A DNA stretch of 64,000 nucleotides, from positions 12,332 to 76,331 of the forward strand of contig JAURNY010000022.1 of NCBI GenBank assembly GCA_030829955.1, read 5' to 3'. Both the position numbers and the translations under genes were made by a program. How positions within the stretch are numbered: position 1 is the first letter of the stretch; every line of letters starts with the position of its first letter. This document shows positions 9,091 through 17,543 of this stretch, in pieces. Source of the stretch: Gammaproteobacteria bacterium. GTDB lineage: Bacteria; Pseudomonadota; Gammaproteobacteria; Eutrophobiales; Eutrophobiaceae. The notes under the pieces are model-generated. The model made no database searches, was not told the origin of the DNA, and saw only the letters and a program-made list of their open reading frames with translations.

Positions 9091-9462
9091 TTAGTGGTGA
9101 GAATCTCTGGCACATTTCAGTACTAGTTCCGGCATGCTGGCATCCATACCAATGGCCTTGGCTATATTAAACTGACAATTCGGAAAGCGTTCATTAGCTT
9201 CATCAATTAAATTAGGTATATCTATGGCAACATGATTCCCGGAATTTAGAAAATAGGGCAGTACCTTGATTGCAGTAATGCCTTCGTCAATAAGTATTTT
9301 AATCGCACTTAATAAATCAGGTTCAACCAGTTCCAGAAAGGCATATTCAATTAATTGATATTCATTTTTTGATTGCTGACGTACCCTGTCAGTCAATTTT
9401 CTTATTTCTTCATTTGATTGTTCACGACGACTGCCGTGTGCCAGAATAATTAAACCTTTCAT
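9091..9462 (-). CDS. CbiX/SirB-family (sirohydrochlorin chelatase-like) protein
   Basis: MKGLIILAHGSR N-terminus and FLNSGNHV motif are typical of the small CbiX family. Confidence 0.7.
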   Translation of the reverse strand: MKGLIILAHGSRREQSNEEIRKLTDRVRQQSKNEYQLIEYAFLELVEPDLLSAIKILIDEGITAIKVLPYFLNSGNHVAIDIPNLIDEANERFPNCQFNIAKAIGMDASMPELVLKCARDSHH

Positions 9463-9464
9463 GA

Positions 9465-10121
9465 TTAATTTATTAATAGTGCCCTGGTTTCATTTAATAA
9501 TGATTCATCTACTTTAAAACCTAGACTTTGAGCTTTTCTAGTTTTATCTATGGCACTTTCTGCTTTATTTATTAATAAGTCTGCTTTTGCCCATGAATGA
9601 TAAATATAGGCTCTTACTCTATCATTGGGTGTTTGCTCAGCTAATTGATAAATATTTTCGGCTTCAGAAAGCAAGGTACTGCGAGATGGTTCTTCCAAAG
9701 TAATACCACAACGTGTTTTTATAAGTGCATAGTCTGCCAGAAAGTCGGGTTCATTCAGTTTTTTTTCGTTGGCAAGTCTAAACATGTCCATCGCTTGACA
9801 CATTTGATTATGCTTTTCGTATAGTACACCGAAACCAATGTAGACATAAGGATTGTCTTTATTTAATAACCAGGCTTCATTAAAGCGTTGCATGGCTAAT
9901 TCATCTTTATCTTGTAGATGAGCTTCAAACCCACTATCAACATAACCAATAGAAGCATGTTCGCTAGTACCAAATGTTTGTATCGCTTTATCTATAAACA
10001 AATGATCTTTTTGTAATAACTCCGGATCGCTTCTTTCCATGCCGCCAAACATTGGTTGTGAATCATCAGCATGTGCAGGAGATAGCTGGATGAATAAAAT
10101 AATAAAGATAACTGTTTTCAT
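9465..10121 (-). CDS. secreted TPR/Sel1-like repeat protein
   Basis: Signal peptide MKTVIFIILFIQLSPAHA, then helical repeats. Confidence 0.5.
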   Translation of the reverse strand: MKTVIFIILFIQLSPAHADDSQPMFGGMERSDPELLQKDHLFIDKAIQTFGTSEHASIGYVDSGFEAHLQDKDELAMQRFNEAWLLNKDNPYVYIGFGVLYEKHNQMCQAMDMFRLANEKKLNEPDFLADYALIKTRCGITLEEPSRSTLLSEAENIYQLAEQTPNDRVRAYIYHSWAKADLLINKAESAIDKTRKAQSLGFKVDESLLNETRALLIN

Positions 10122-10127
10122 ATCAGG

Positions 10128-11081
10128 TTATTTTTTCTCTTTCAAATTCTTTAATGTTTTAAGATGAATCGCAACACAACGTGCCAATGCATCAAGATCA
10201 TATCCTCCTTCCAGCAAGGATAAAACTCGACCCTGACAATGTTTGTCAGCTACTTCTAGCAAGCGTTCAGTCATCCAGCCATAAAATGAATCACTTAATA
10301 ACATTTGTGCCAGAGGGTCTGCGGCATGCGCATCAAAACCGGCAGAGATAAGAATACATTCTGGTTTAAATTCATCCAGTTTGGGTAATATTTTATGTTG
10401 AAAAGCAGCTGCATAATCGTCAGTGTCTGAACCGGCAGGCATCGGACAATTTAAAGTCGCACCTTTACCCCTGCCTATACCGATTTCATAGTAGTTACCC
10501 GTGCCGGGATAATAGGGAAATTGATGTATGCTGATATAAAGTACACTGGGCTCTTCTTCAAATAGATGTTGCGTACCATTTCCATGATGGACATCCCAAT
10601 CAACTATAGCGATTTTATCAAGTTTATATTTCTGTTGAAGATGACGTGCAAGCACTGCGATGTTATTAAAGATACAAAAACCCAGCGCCATATCATTTTC
10701 GGCATGATGTCCTGGTGGACGCAACAAACCAAAACCATTATTAATGTTTCCAAGCATCATTTCATCAGCAAGTTGTATGGCACTTCCAGCCGCGAGTAGT
10801 GCGATATCGAACGAATCACGACAGACATTTACATCTATCGAGTCAAGATAGGAGTTACCTGAACGACAAACTTCCTCGGCACGTTTTATGAATTGCTTAT
10901 CATGGACAGTCAAGATGTCATCTATTTGTGCAAATTTAGATTCGATTTGTTTAATATCACTAAACCATTGATGTTGTTGCAGATATCTCATTGTCGTAGC
11001 AACACGCTCACCACATTCAGGGTGACCTGGTCCGGTGTCATGTTCAATAAACCGAGTATCACTTAGAAATCCTGTTATCAT
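10128..11081 (-). CDS. histone deacetylase-family (acetoin utilisation / acetylpolyamine amidohydrolase-like) protein
   Basis: RPPGHHA, DWDVHHGNGTQ, SAGFDAH and EGGY motifs of the arginase/deacetylase superfamily. Confidence 0.9.
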   Translation of the reverse strand: MITGFLSDTRFIEHDTGPGHPECGERVATTMRYLQQHQWFSDIKQIESKFAQIDDILTVHDKQFIKRAEEVCRSGNSYLDSIDVNVCRDSFDIALLAAGSAIQLADEMMLGNINNGFGLLRPPGHHAENDMALGFCIFNNIAVLARHLQQKYKLDKIAIVDWDVHHGNGTQHLFEEEPSVLYISIHQFPYYPGTGNYYEIGIGRGKGATLNCPMPAGSDTDDYAAAFQHKILPKLDEFKPECILISAGFDAHAADPLAQMLLSDSFYGWMTERLLEVADKHCQGRVLSLLEGGYDLDALARCVAIHLKTLKNLKEKK

Positions 11082-11285
11082 AATTATGTTGATGTTATGG
11101 TAGTTTTATATTAATTGTAATCTGAATCATTATTTCATAGATAACGATGTCGACAATACGTTCAAACCAAATAGCACTTTGTGGTGTGTAGAAATTACAT
11201 ATTCAGCCTGAATTAATGCTTGGTAAAGGAGTGTGGGGTTGGGAGAAAATGGGCGTTTGAATTAGAACCTTTTTGATTTGAGTAA

Positions 11286-12311
11286 CTAATGGTCTAGATT
11301 ATTAATTACTGTCTTTGTATATTCTTTTGTATTAGCTGAACCACCAAGATCGCCTGTTCGGGTTTCCGGTTTTTTCAGTGATAACTGAATTGCCTTACGC
11401 AATTGATCACCCAGCGGTTTTTCCTCTATATGATCAAGCATCATTGCTGCAGCCAGTAATAATGCAGTTGGGTTCGCTATGCCTTTACCAGCAATATCAG
11501 GTGCGGTGCCATGTACAGCTTCAAAAATTGCTGCATCTTTGCCAATATTACCGCCTGGTGCCAAACCTAAGCCCCCAATTAAGCCAGCAATTTCATCAGA
11601 TAATATATCGCCAAACATATTAGTTGTCAGAATCATGTCAAATTGAGAAGGATTGATAACTAATTGCATTGCAGTATTGTCAACAATTCTATCTTCTATG
11701 ATTAATTTACCTTGATATTCTTCACTAACTTCTCTTGCTGTTTCTAGAAATAAACCGGTTAGTTTCTTTAGAATGTTTGCCTTGTGAACAATCGTGACTT
11801 TTTCGCGACCATTTTTGATTGCATAGTCAAAAGTATATTTTGCAATACGTCTACATCCTGCTCGAGTTATTATGCCTGATGCCTCGGCAACGGCACGGGG
11901 ATCATCATCAATAGGTATGAAATGTTCTACACCGACATATAAACCTTCAGTGTTTTCACGAATTAACACGATGTCAATTTTATCATATCGTCGGCGTGAA
12001 TGAAGAAAAGAAATGGCCGGGCGCACATTTGCATAGAGTTTAAATTCTTCTCTTAATCTAACATTGGCAGATCGAAAACCCTGACCAATAGGGGTTTCAA
12101 GAGGGGCTTTTAATGCAAGTTTAGTTTTGCGGATATCATCTAGCATCGCTTGAGGCAAAGGATCACCGGCCTCTTTTAGTGCAGACATGCCAGCCTTAAA
12201 TCGACGCCATTCAAAGTTTGCTCCAAGTGCTTCAAGTATTTCTTCAGTGGCATCTAGTATTTCCGCGCCGATACCATCGCCTTCAATCAGTGTTGCAGGT
12301 GTCTTGTTAAT
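11286..12311 (-). CDS. NAD-dependent isocitrate dehydrogenase-like (isocitrate/isopropylmalate dehydrogenase family); probable non-canonical ATT start
   Basis: [29 protein letters not shown] and [12 protein letters not shown] motifs. The conserved N-terminal [11 protein letters not shown] lies upstream of the first ATG (12188), in a frame open only back to the TAA at 12327-12329. GGAG is at 12319-12322, with ATT 7 nt downstream at 12311. Confidence 0.75.
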   Translation of the reverse strand: MNKTPATLIEGDGIGAEILDATEEILEALGANFEWRRFKAGMSALKEAGDPLPQAMLDDIRKTKLALKAPLETPIGQGFRSANVRLREEFKLYANVRPAISFLHSRRRYDKIDIVLIRENTEGLYVGVEHFIPIDDDPRAVAEASGIITRAGCRRIAKYTFDYAIKNGREKVTIVHKANILKKLTGLFLETAREVSEEYQGKLIIEDRIVDNTAMQLVINPSQFDMILTTNMFGDILSDEIAGLIGGLGLAPGGNIGKDAAIFEAVHGTAPDIAGKGIANPTALLLAAAMMLDHIEEKPLGDQLRKAIQLSLKKPETRTGDLGGSANTKEYTKTVINNLDH

Positions 12312-12412
12312 AACAATTCTCCAAAGTTAGATTTCTACTGCACATCAATGATGTGTCAGAGTATAAATATATTGATATAAATTATTATCAGGCGCAGGAT
12401 TATTTTTTTCGC

Positions 12413-14527
12413 CTAATGTACGAATGTCAGATTATCATTTGAAGGTGGTGTTATTAAATCGTTTAAGATGTGGGCAGTTTCTTCAAGTAAAATATCTACT
12501 TCAGTTTCATCATCTTCCTCATTATCAACCAACATAATGTCTTCATCATCATTATCTTCCTCAGATAATGGTGGTAGTCCTTTTTCTGAACGCATGGCAT
12601 TTTGAATATCTTTTTTTGCTTTAACCAACTGCTCTCTTTCTTTCTTACGCATACTTTCCAGTAATGATATTTCCTTTTTCTTACTGTTTTCGCGTTTTAA
12701 CTCTAGGTCGTCCAATAATAACTGGAAGAGTTCGTTTTTCTTGATACGTTTTTCATGTTCTTTTTGAGCAATAGAAAAACTATCAATAGGTGCATTGGCA
12801 GGGTAATAAAGAGCAGGTTTCACTTCATCCCAAGGTAAGGCATTTTTATATGCGCGTTCACCCTGATCTTTTGCATCTTTGGCCGTTGGGAAAATAATGT
12901 CAGGTACCACTCCTTTGTATTGGTTACTTCCACCGCTAACCCTGAAAAATTGTGCAATAGTCGTTTTTAGTCGACCATGATCTTCATTGCTGTCCTGAAT
13001 AAAGCGATTTAGATCTATAACATTTTGCACAGTACCTTTGCCAAACGTAGGTTCGCCAATAATAATTCCACGGCGATAGTCCTGAATGGCACCCGCAAAA
13101 ATTTCAGATGCAGATGCACTATTGCCATCCACTAATACAGCGAGTGGGCCCGGATACACAATGCCTGGCTCAGGATCATAATTAACTTCAACACGACCTG
13201 ATGCATCCTTGGTTTGTACGACGGGTCCACGATCAATAAACAAACCTGTTAATTCCAGTGCTTCTGAAAGTGAGCCACCACCATTGCCGCGCAAATCAAT
13301 TATTAATCCATCAATATTTTTGGACTGCATTTCCTTGATGAGTTTTCGTACATCACGAGATGTGCTTTTGTAATTTCTTTCGCCTTTTGCCTGAGCTGCA
13401 AAATCGATATAAAAAGTAGGTAAATCAATAATACCAATTTTGGTATTGGTTTCATGTATTTCAATCACATCAGAACTGGCGTCTTGTTCTTCAAGTTTAA
13501 TCTTATCACGTGTAAGTGTGACTATTTTTGAAGGGCCTTCAACGCCAACACCTTTGGACAATATTTCTAAACGAAGTTTGGTATCTTTTGGCCCTCTAAT
13601 CAGATCGACAACATCATCAAGTCGCCAACCAATAACATCGACCATTTCTTCTTTATTGCCTTGACCGACAGCAATGATTTTATCATCAGCGTTTATTTGA
13701 TTACTTAAATCAGCTGGCCCACCGGTAATTACTTTTACAACCTGAGTGTAATCACTCTCGGCACGGAGTACTGCACCAATGCCTTCAAGAGAAAGGCGCA
13801 TGCTGATATCAAAATTTTCTGAGGTGCGCGGAGAAAAATAAGCAGTATGTGGTTCTACCGATGTCGTATAGGCATTGATAAAAGTTTGAAAGACATCATT
13901 AGAATTAATCTGAAAAGTACTGCTCTGTATACGTTGATAACGTTTACCCAGAGTATCTATAATTTCTTTCGTTTCTTTACCGGCCAATTTCAAGTTTAAA
14001 TAATCATTTTTTACTCGTTTTCGCCAGATTTCATCGATAGCCTGTTTGTCTTTTGCCCAGTCATTATCCCTGCGATCATAACGAAAGGCTTCCTGCATAT
14101 TAAAATTAAATTGTTGATTTAATAAATCATTTGCGTATTTAATACGTTCGGCAACACGTGCTCGATAACGCTTAAAAATATCATATGCAGGTTTCAGATT
14201 GGCATTTCTTAAGGAGTCGTCTATTTTATAACGATATTTCTCGAACTCATCAATATCTGACTTTAAAAAATAGACTTTGTTTTGGTCAAGAATTTCGTAA
14301 TAGTGATCCAGTATCTCTGAGGATAATTCATCATTTAATTCCATTTTTTTGTAATGATATGTTTTCAGAATATGTGTGATTAACTCGCTGGCTCTGACAT
14401 GTTTTTCTTCAGGCTCAAGTTCGGCGAGATTTACAGTTTGATATTTAGCATATGCAACTGACTGCCATACAAACAGAATAAATATTGAGAAAAATAAATG
14501 TCTTATTTTAATAGTCTTTAATGTCAT
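12413..14527 (-). CDS. prc: tail-specific (C-terminal processing) protease, S41A
   Basis: 704 aa with signal peptide, PDZ region, and peptidase core GNGGGSL ... SASASEIFAGA ... GEPTFGKGTVQ. Confidence 0.95.
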   Translation of the reverse strand: MTLKTIKIRHLFFSIFILFVWQSVAYAKYQTVNLAELEPEEKHVRASELITHILKTYHYKKMELNDELSSEILDHYYEILDQNKVYFLKSDIDEFEKYRYKIDDSLRNANLKPAYDIFKRYRARVAERIKYANDLLNQQFNFNMQEAFRYDRRDNDWAKDKQAIDEIWRKRVKNDYLNLKLAGKETKEIIDTLGKRYQRIQSSTFQINSNDVFQTFINAYTTSVEPHTAYFSPRTSENFDISMRLSLEGIGAVLRAESDYTQVVKVITGGPADLSNQINADDKIIAVGQGNKEEMVDVIGWRLDDVVDLIRGPKDTKLRLEILSKGVGVEGPSKIVTLTRDKIKLEEQDASSDVIEIHETNTKIGIIDLPTFYIDFAAQAKGERNYKSTSRDVRKLIKEMQSKNIDGLIIDLRGNGGGSLSEALELTGLFIDRGPVVQTKDASGRVEVNYDPEPGIVYPGPLAVLVDGNSASASEIFAGAIQDYRRGIIIGEPTFGKGTVQNVIDLNRFIQDSNEDHGRLKTTIAQFFRVSGGSNQYKGVVPDIIFPTAKDAKDQGERAYKNALPWDEVKPALYYPANAPIDSFSIAQKEHEKRIKKNELFQLLLDDLELKRENSKKKEISLLESMRKKEREQLVKAKKDIQNAMRSEKGLPPLSEEDNDDEDIMLVDNEEDDETEVDILLEETAHILNDLITPPSNDNLTFVH

Positions 14528-14643
14528 AATAATCCTGATTTGGCATCAAGCCTGCATTGTTATTACCATCTTAGTATGAAATTTGTTAATTACCCATATA
14601 AATTCATTAACTTATCTGCATAGTTTGAGCTGTTTTTGGGGAA

Positions 14644-15087
14644 TTAGTTTCTAATTTTTAATAATTCATTGATGCGCTTATCAATGGCTTTTGCCTTTTT
14701 AGGGTCCCCCCCAAGAAATTGAGGCGCTTTAGCATAGAAATCTCGCATATCATCCAGATACTGGACATTCTCTGGTTCAATTTTGACTGCGATTTCCAGA
14801 TGTTCTCTTGTTTTAGATGCGTAACTGATAGCTGAAAACCAATTTATTTGCTCAGCTCGACGTCCATAACTTTTGGCAAGTACGTGATGTATTGCTGCAT
14901 TGTTAGGTTCATTCGTTAGTACTTGCTTTAGAACAGAGATTGCCTCTTCATATTGTTCGCTTTCATATAGAGCAATACCTTCGGTTTCCAGATCAGGCTT
15001 TGTGTCTGCAGTTGAGCAGACCGACAATAATAAACAAAGCAATATAGGAAATACAATTCTTTTACGATTGTTTACTAGTTTTATCAT
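14644..15087 (-). CDS. TPR-repeat lipoprotein/secreted protein
   Basis: Signal sequence ending LLSVCS, followed by TPR-like helices. Confidence 0.55.
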   Translation of the reverse strand: MIKLVNNRKRIVFPILLCLLLSVCSTADTKPDLETEGIALYESEQYEEAISVLKQVLTNEPNNAAIHHVLAKSYGRRAEQINWFSAISYASKTREHLEIAVKIEPENVQYLDDMRDFYAKAPQFLGGDPKKAKAIDKRINELLKIRN

Positions 15088-15121
15088 TTGCCTATATGAG
15101 CAAAGACTGAATGTTAAAAAG

Positions 15122-15793
15122 CTATTTAATTTCGATTAATTCGATATCAAACAGTAATACGGAGTTTGGACCAATGATATCACTGCCACGTTGACCGTAA
15201 GCTAAATCAGATGGCACAGCAATTTGCAATTTCCCGCCAACCTTCATTAACTGTAATGCCTCTTGCCAGCCAGGAATTACTCGATTTACAGCTAATTCAA
15301 TCGGTTCGCCGCGATTATATGAACTATCAAATTCACTCCCATCAATGAAAGTGCCGCGATAATGCACTAAAATTGTATCGTTAGTTGCTGGTGATTTACC
15401 TGTGCCGCCTTTAATCACTTTATACTGCAGTCCGCTTTCAAGTTCTTTCCAACCTTCTTTTTCCTTGTTTTTTTTCAGGAACTCAATGCCCGCCTGTTGA
15501 TTTTTAACAGCAGCTGCATTTTGTTCTTCTTGTTCTTTTTGTTGGTATGCGGTTAATAATTGTTGCATTTCCTGCATAGCAATTTTGGGGTCTTTACCGT
15601 TTAAAACGTCTTCAACAGCCTGAAGGAAAGCCGTGATATCAACATCAATATTTTGTCTTATGACAGTTTGAGCAAAGAATGTTCCCATGGAATAGCTGAG
15701 TTTTTCTTTTTCTGTTTTCGGTGTCATTTCTGCATAAGCAGATTGTGTGATAAATAAAATTGAAATAAGTAAAGGGTATATAGTTAATTTCAT
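15122..15793 (-). CDS. fkpA: FKBP-type peptidyl-prolyl cis-trans isomerase (FkpA/Mip-like)
   Basis: Signal peptide, helical dimerisation arm, and C-terminal FKBP domain (VHYRGTFIDGSEFDSS ... IPGWQEAL ... LAYG ... IGPNSVLLFDIELI). Confidence 0.9.
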   Translation of the reverse strand: MKLTIYPLLISILFITQSAYAEMTPKTEKEKLSYSMGTFFAQTVIRQNIDVDITAFLQAVEDVLNGKDPKIAMQEMQQLLTAYQQKEQEEQNAAAVKNQQAGIEFLKKNKEKEGWKELESGLQYKVIKGGTGKSPATNDTILVHYRGTFIDGSEFDSSYNRGEPIELAVNRVIPGWQEALQLMKVGGKLQIAVPSDLAYGQRGSDIIGPNSVLLFDIELIEIK

Positions 15794-15885
15794 TAAAACC
15801 TCTGATGTTTTAGAATTTATATGGAAGGCTTGATTTTATTAAGATTCAAAACTTTTGATTACATATTATAACGATATTTGCCCAA

Positions 15886-16869
15886 TCACGATACGGAAGA
15901 TACTGAATTAATAGCTGCTTCCAGTAATTCGGGGGAATTTTTTTGAATTTCTGGGTGCCCGGCAGAAAGATATTGTCGAAATTTTCTAGCACCAGGCTGC
16001 CCTTGAAACAAACCAATAATGTGGCGACTCATATTGCTTAACCTAATTCCCTGTGTAGATTGTTCGAGCATATATTCTTGATAGCGTCGAAATATTTCTT
16101 TTCTGGTTGGTAATTCATACCGTTCCTGAAACATCTTATGATCCAGTTCCGCAATCCAGTACGGATTCTGATAGGCTGCACGACCAATCATGACACCATC
16201 GACATGTTGCATCTGTTCAATGACAGAATCGGTCTTTATTAAGCCACCATTAATAATTATATTTAAATGTGGAAATGCATTTTTTATTTCATAAACACGA
16301 GCATAGTTTAAAATCGGTATCTCTCGATTTTCTTTTGGGCTTAAACCACTCAGAATAGCTATGCGTGCATGAACTATGAAGGATTGACAGCCAGCACTAG
16401 CGACTTTATCAATAAAGTTAAATAAAAAATCAAAATCGTCACGATCATCTATTCCGATGCGTGTTTTCACTGTGACAGGTATAGCAACATGTTTTTGCAT
16501 GTTATAAACGCATTCTCCTACAAGCTCCGGGTTGCTCATTAGGCACGCGCCAAATTGCCCGTTTTGCACCCTGTCACTTGGACAACCAATATTCAGATTT
16601 ACTTCATCGTAGCCCGCATCTTCTGCGAAGTGACAACATTTTGCCAAATCATCTGGCTTACTACCTCCAAGCTGTAAGGCAACAGGATGTTCGATGGATT
16701 GAAATCTTAAAAAACGTTCTCGATCACCATGTATCAAAGCATCAGTAGTCACCATTTCCGTATATAAAAATGCATGTTTAGATAACAAACGCATGAAAAA
16801 ACGAAAATGACGATCGGTATGATCCATCATTGGCGCAATACAAAGTTTATGAGATTTATCACCTTTCAT
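15886..16869 (-). CDS. dusA: tRNA-dihydrouridine(20/20a) synthase
   Basis: CIAPMMDHTDRHFRFF, NLNIGCP and TVKTRIG motifs. Start moved to Met29 (16869), 4 nt after the mutH stop. Confidence 0.9.
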   Translation of the reverse strand: MKGDKSHKLCIAPMMDHTDRHFRFFMRLLSKHAFLYTEMVTTDALIHGDRERFLRFQSIEHPVALQLGGSKPDDLAKCCHFAEDAGYDEVNLNIGCPSDRVQNGQFGACLMSNPELVGECVYNMQKHVAIPVTVKTRIGIDDRDDFDFLFNFIDKVASAGCQSFIVHARIAILSGLSPKENREIPILNYARVYEIKNAFPHLNIIINGGLIKTDSVIEQMQHVDGVMIGRAAYQNPYWIAELDHKMFQERYELPTRKEIFRRYQEYMLEQSTQGIRLSNMSRHIIGLFQGQPGARKFRQYLSAGHPEIQKNSPELLEAAINSVSSVS

Positions 16870-16873
16870 TATT

Positions 16874-17536
16874 TTAAGTTGATTGCAGTATTTGTTTGGT
16901 AAAACTGGTGCGCAAATAATAGCCGCGAGGCAAAGTGATATTTTCGCTAGCAAGCCGATTTTTATCTCTAGTTTGACTCATGGCATTGGCTGCCTTGGGG
17001 CGGATATGTAAATATTTTCCAATAGACGCTGTAATCATATGCAGTTTACCAAGCACAATTAAATCACTGAGTTCTTGCCAGTCTGTTTTAAGTTGTTGTA
17101 ACTCGCATGTAGATGCCTGCCATAATATGGGTGTGCCAATGCGCCTTGCTGCAAAAGGAATTTTGTCATTAACCTCATAAGGTATCCAAAGTACCTTAGA
17201 TAATTTTTTTCTAACTAGAGATTGTTCCCAATTGGCTTGATCATAGGGTGATAATTGCACAACACAAATATATGTAGATTCCTTTGGCGTACCTTGTGAT
17301 GTGACTGGGATGCTTTTTAATTCAATACTCAATTCAGGAAAGTCAGGTTGAGGTTTGCTACCTGATGTTGCTCCCAGAGCATGTTCAAGTAATTGGCCAA
17401 CCCATCCTTTGGCATGTAATACTGAGTTTGGTAGAGTAAATTCGCATTTATTAGCGAGATTTGTCAATGTCATCCCGGCAAGTGCATTAGCACGTTGCAT
17501 CAGTATTTCTTCAGACTGAGGAACTGATTGAAACAT
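16874..17536 (-). CDS. mutH: DNA mismatch repair endonuclease MutH
   Basis: KGWVGQLLE..LGA.SGSKPQPDF, ELKSIP, LQIRPKAAN and TLPRGYYLR are colinear with E. coli MutH. Confidence 0.9.
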   Translation of the reverse strand: MFQSVPQSEEILMQRANALAGMTLTNLANKCEFTLPNSVLHAKGWVGQLLEHALGATSGSKPQPDFPELSIELKSIPVTSQGTPKESTYICVVQLSPYDQANWEQSLVRKKLSKVLWIPYEVNDKIPFAARRIGTPILWQASTCELQQLKTDWQELSDLIVLGKLHMITASIGKYLHIRPKAANAMSQTRDKNRLASENITLPRGYYLRTSFTKQILQST

Positions 17537-17543
17537 TGAAGTA

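Noticed and set aside
14541-14556. Sigma-54-like motif TGGCATcaagcCTGCA on the plus strand between prc and the TPR lipoprotein gene
   Set aside because: The spacing is correct, but it points into the 3' end of a minus-strand gene with no plus-strand ORF or obvious RNA downstream. It is most likely a chance match; at best it is an antisense promoter.
16870-16953. N-terminal extensions given by the ORF track for dusA (16953), mtaB (9113), rnhB (34649), exbB (62261), skp (30733), DUF455 (41075) and the PilZ-like gene (6822)
   Set aside because: The extensions overlap the upstream gene and are not family-like. In each case an internal ATG, with an SD or stop-start coupling, gives the canonical N-terminus.
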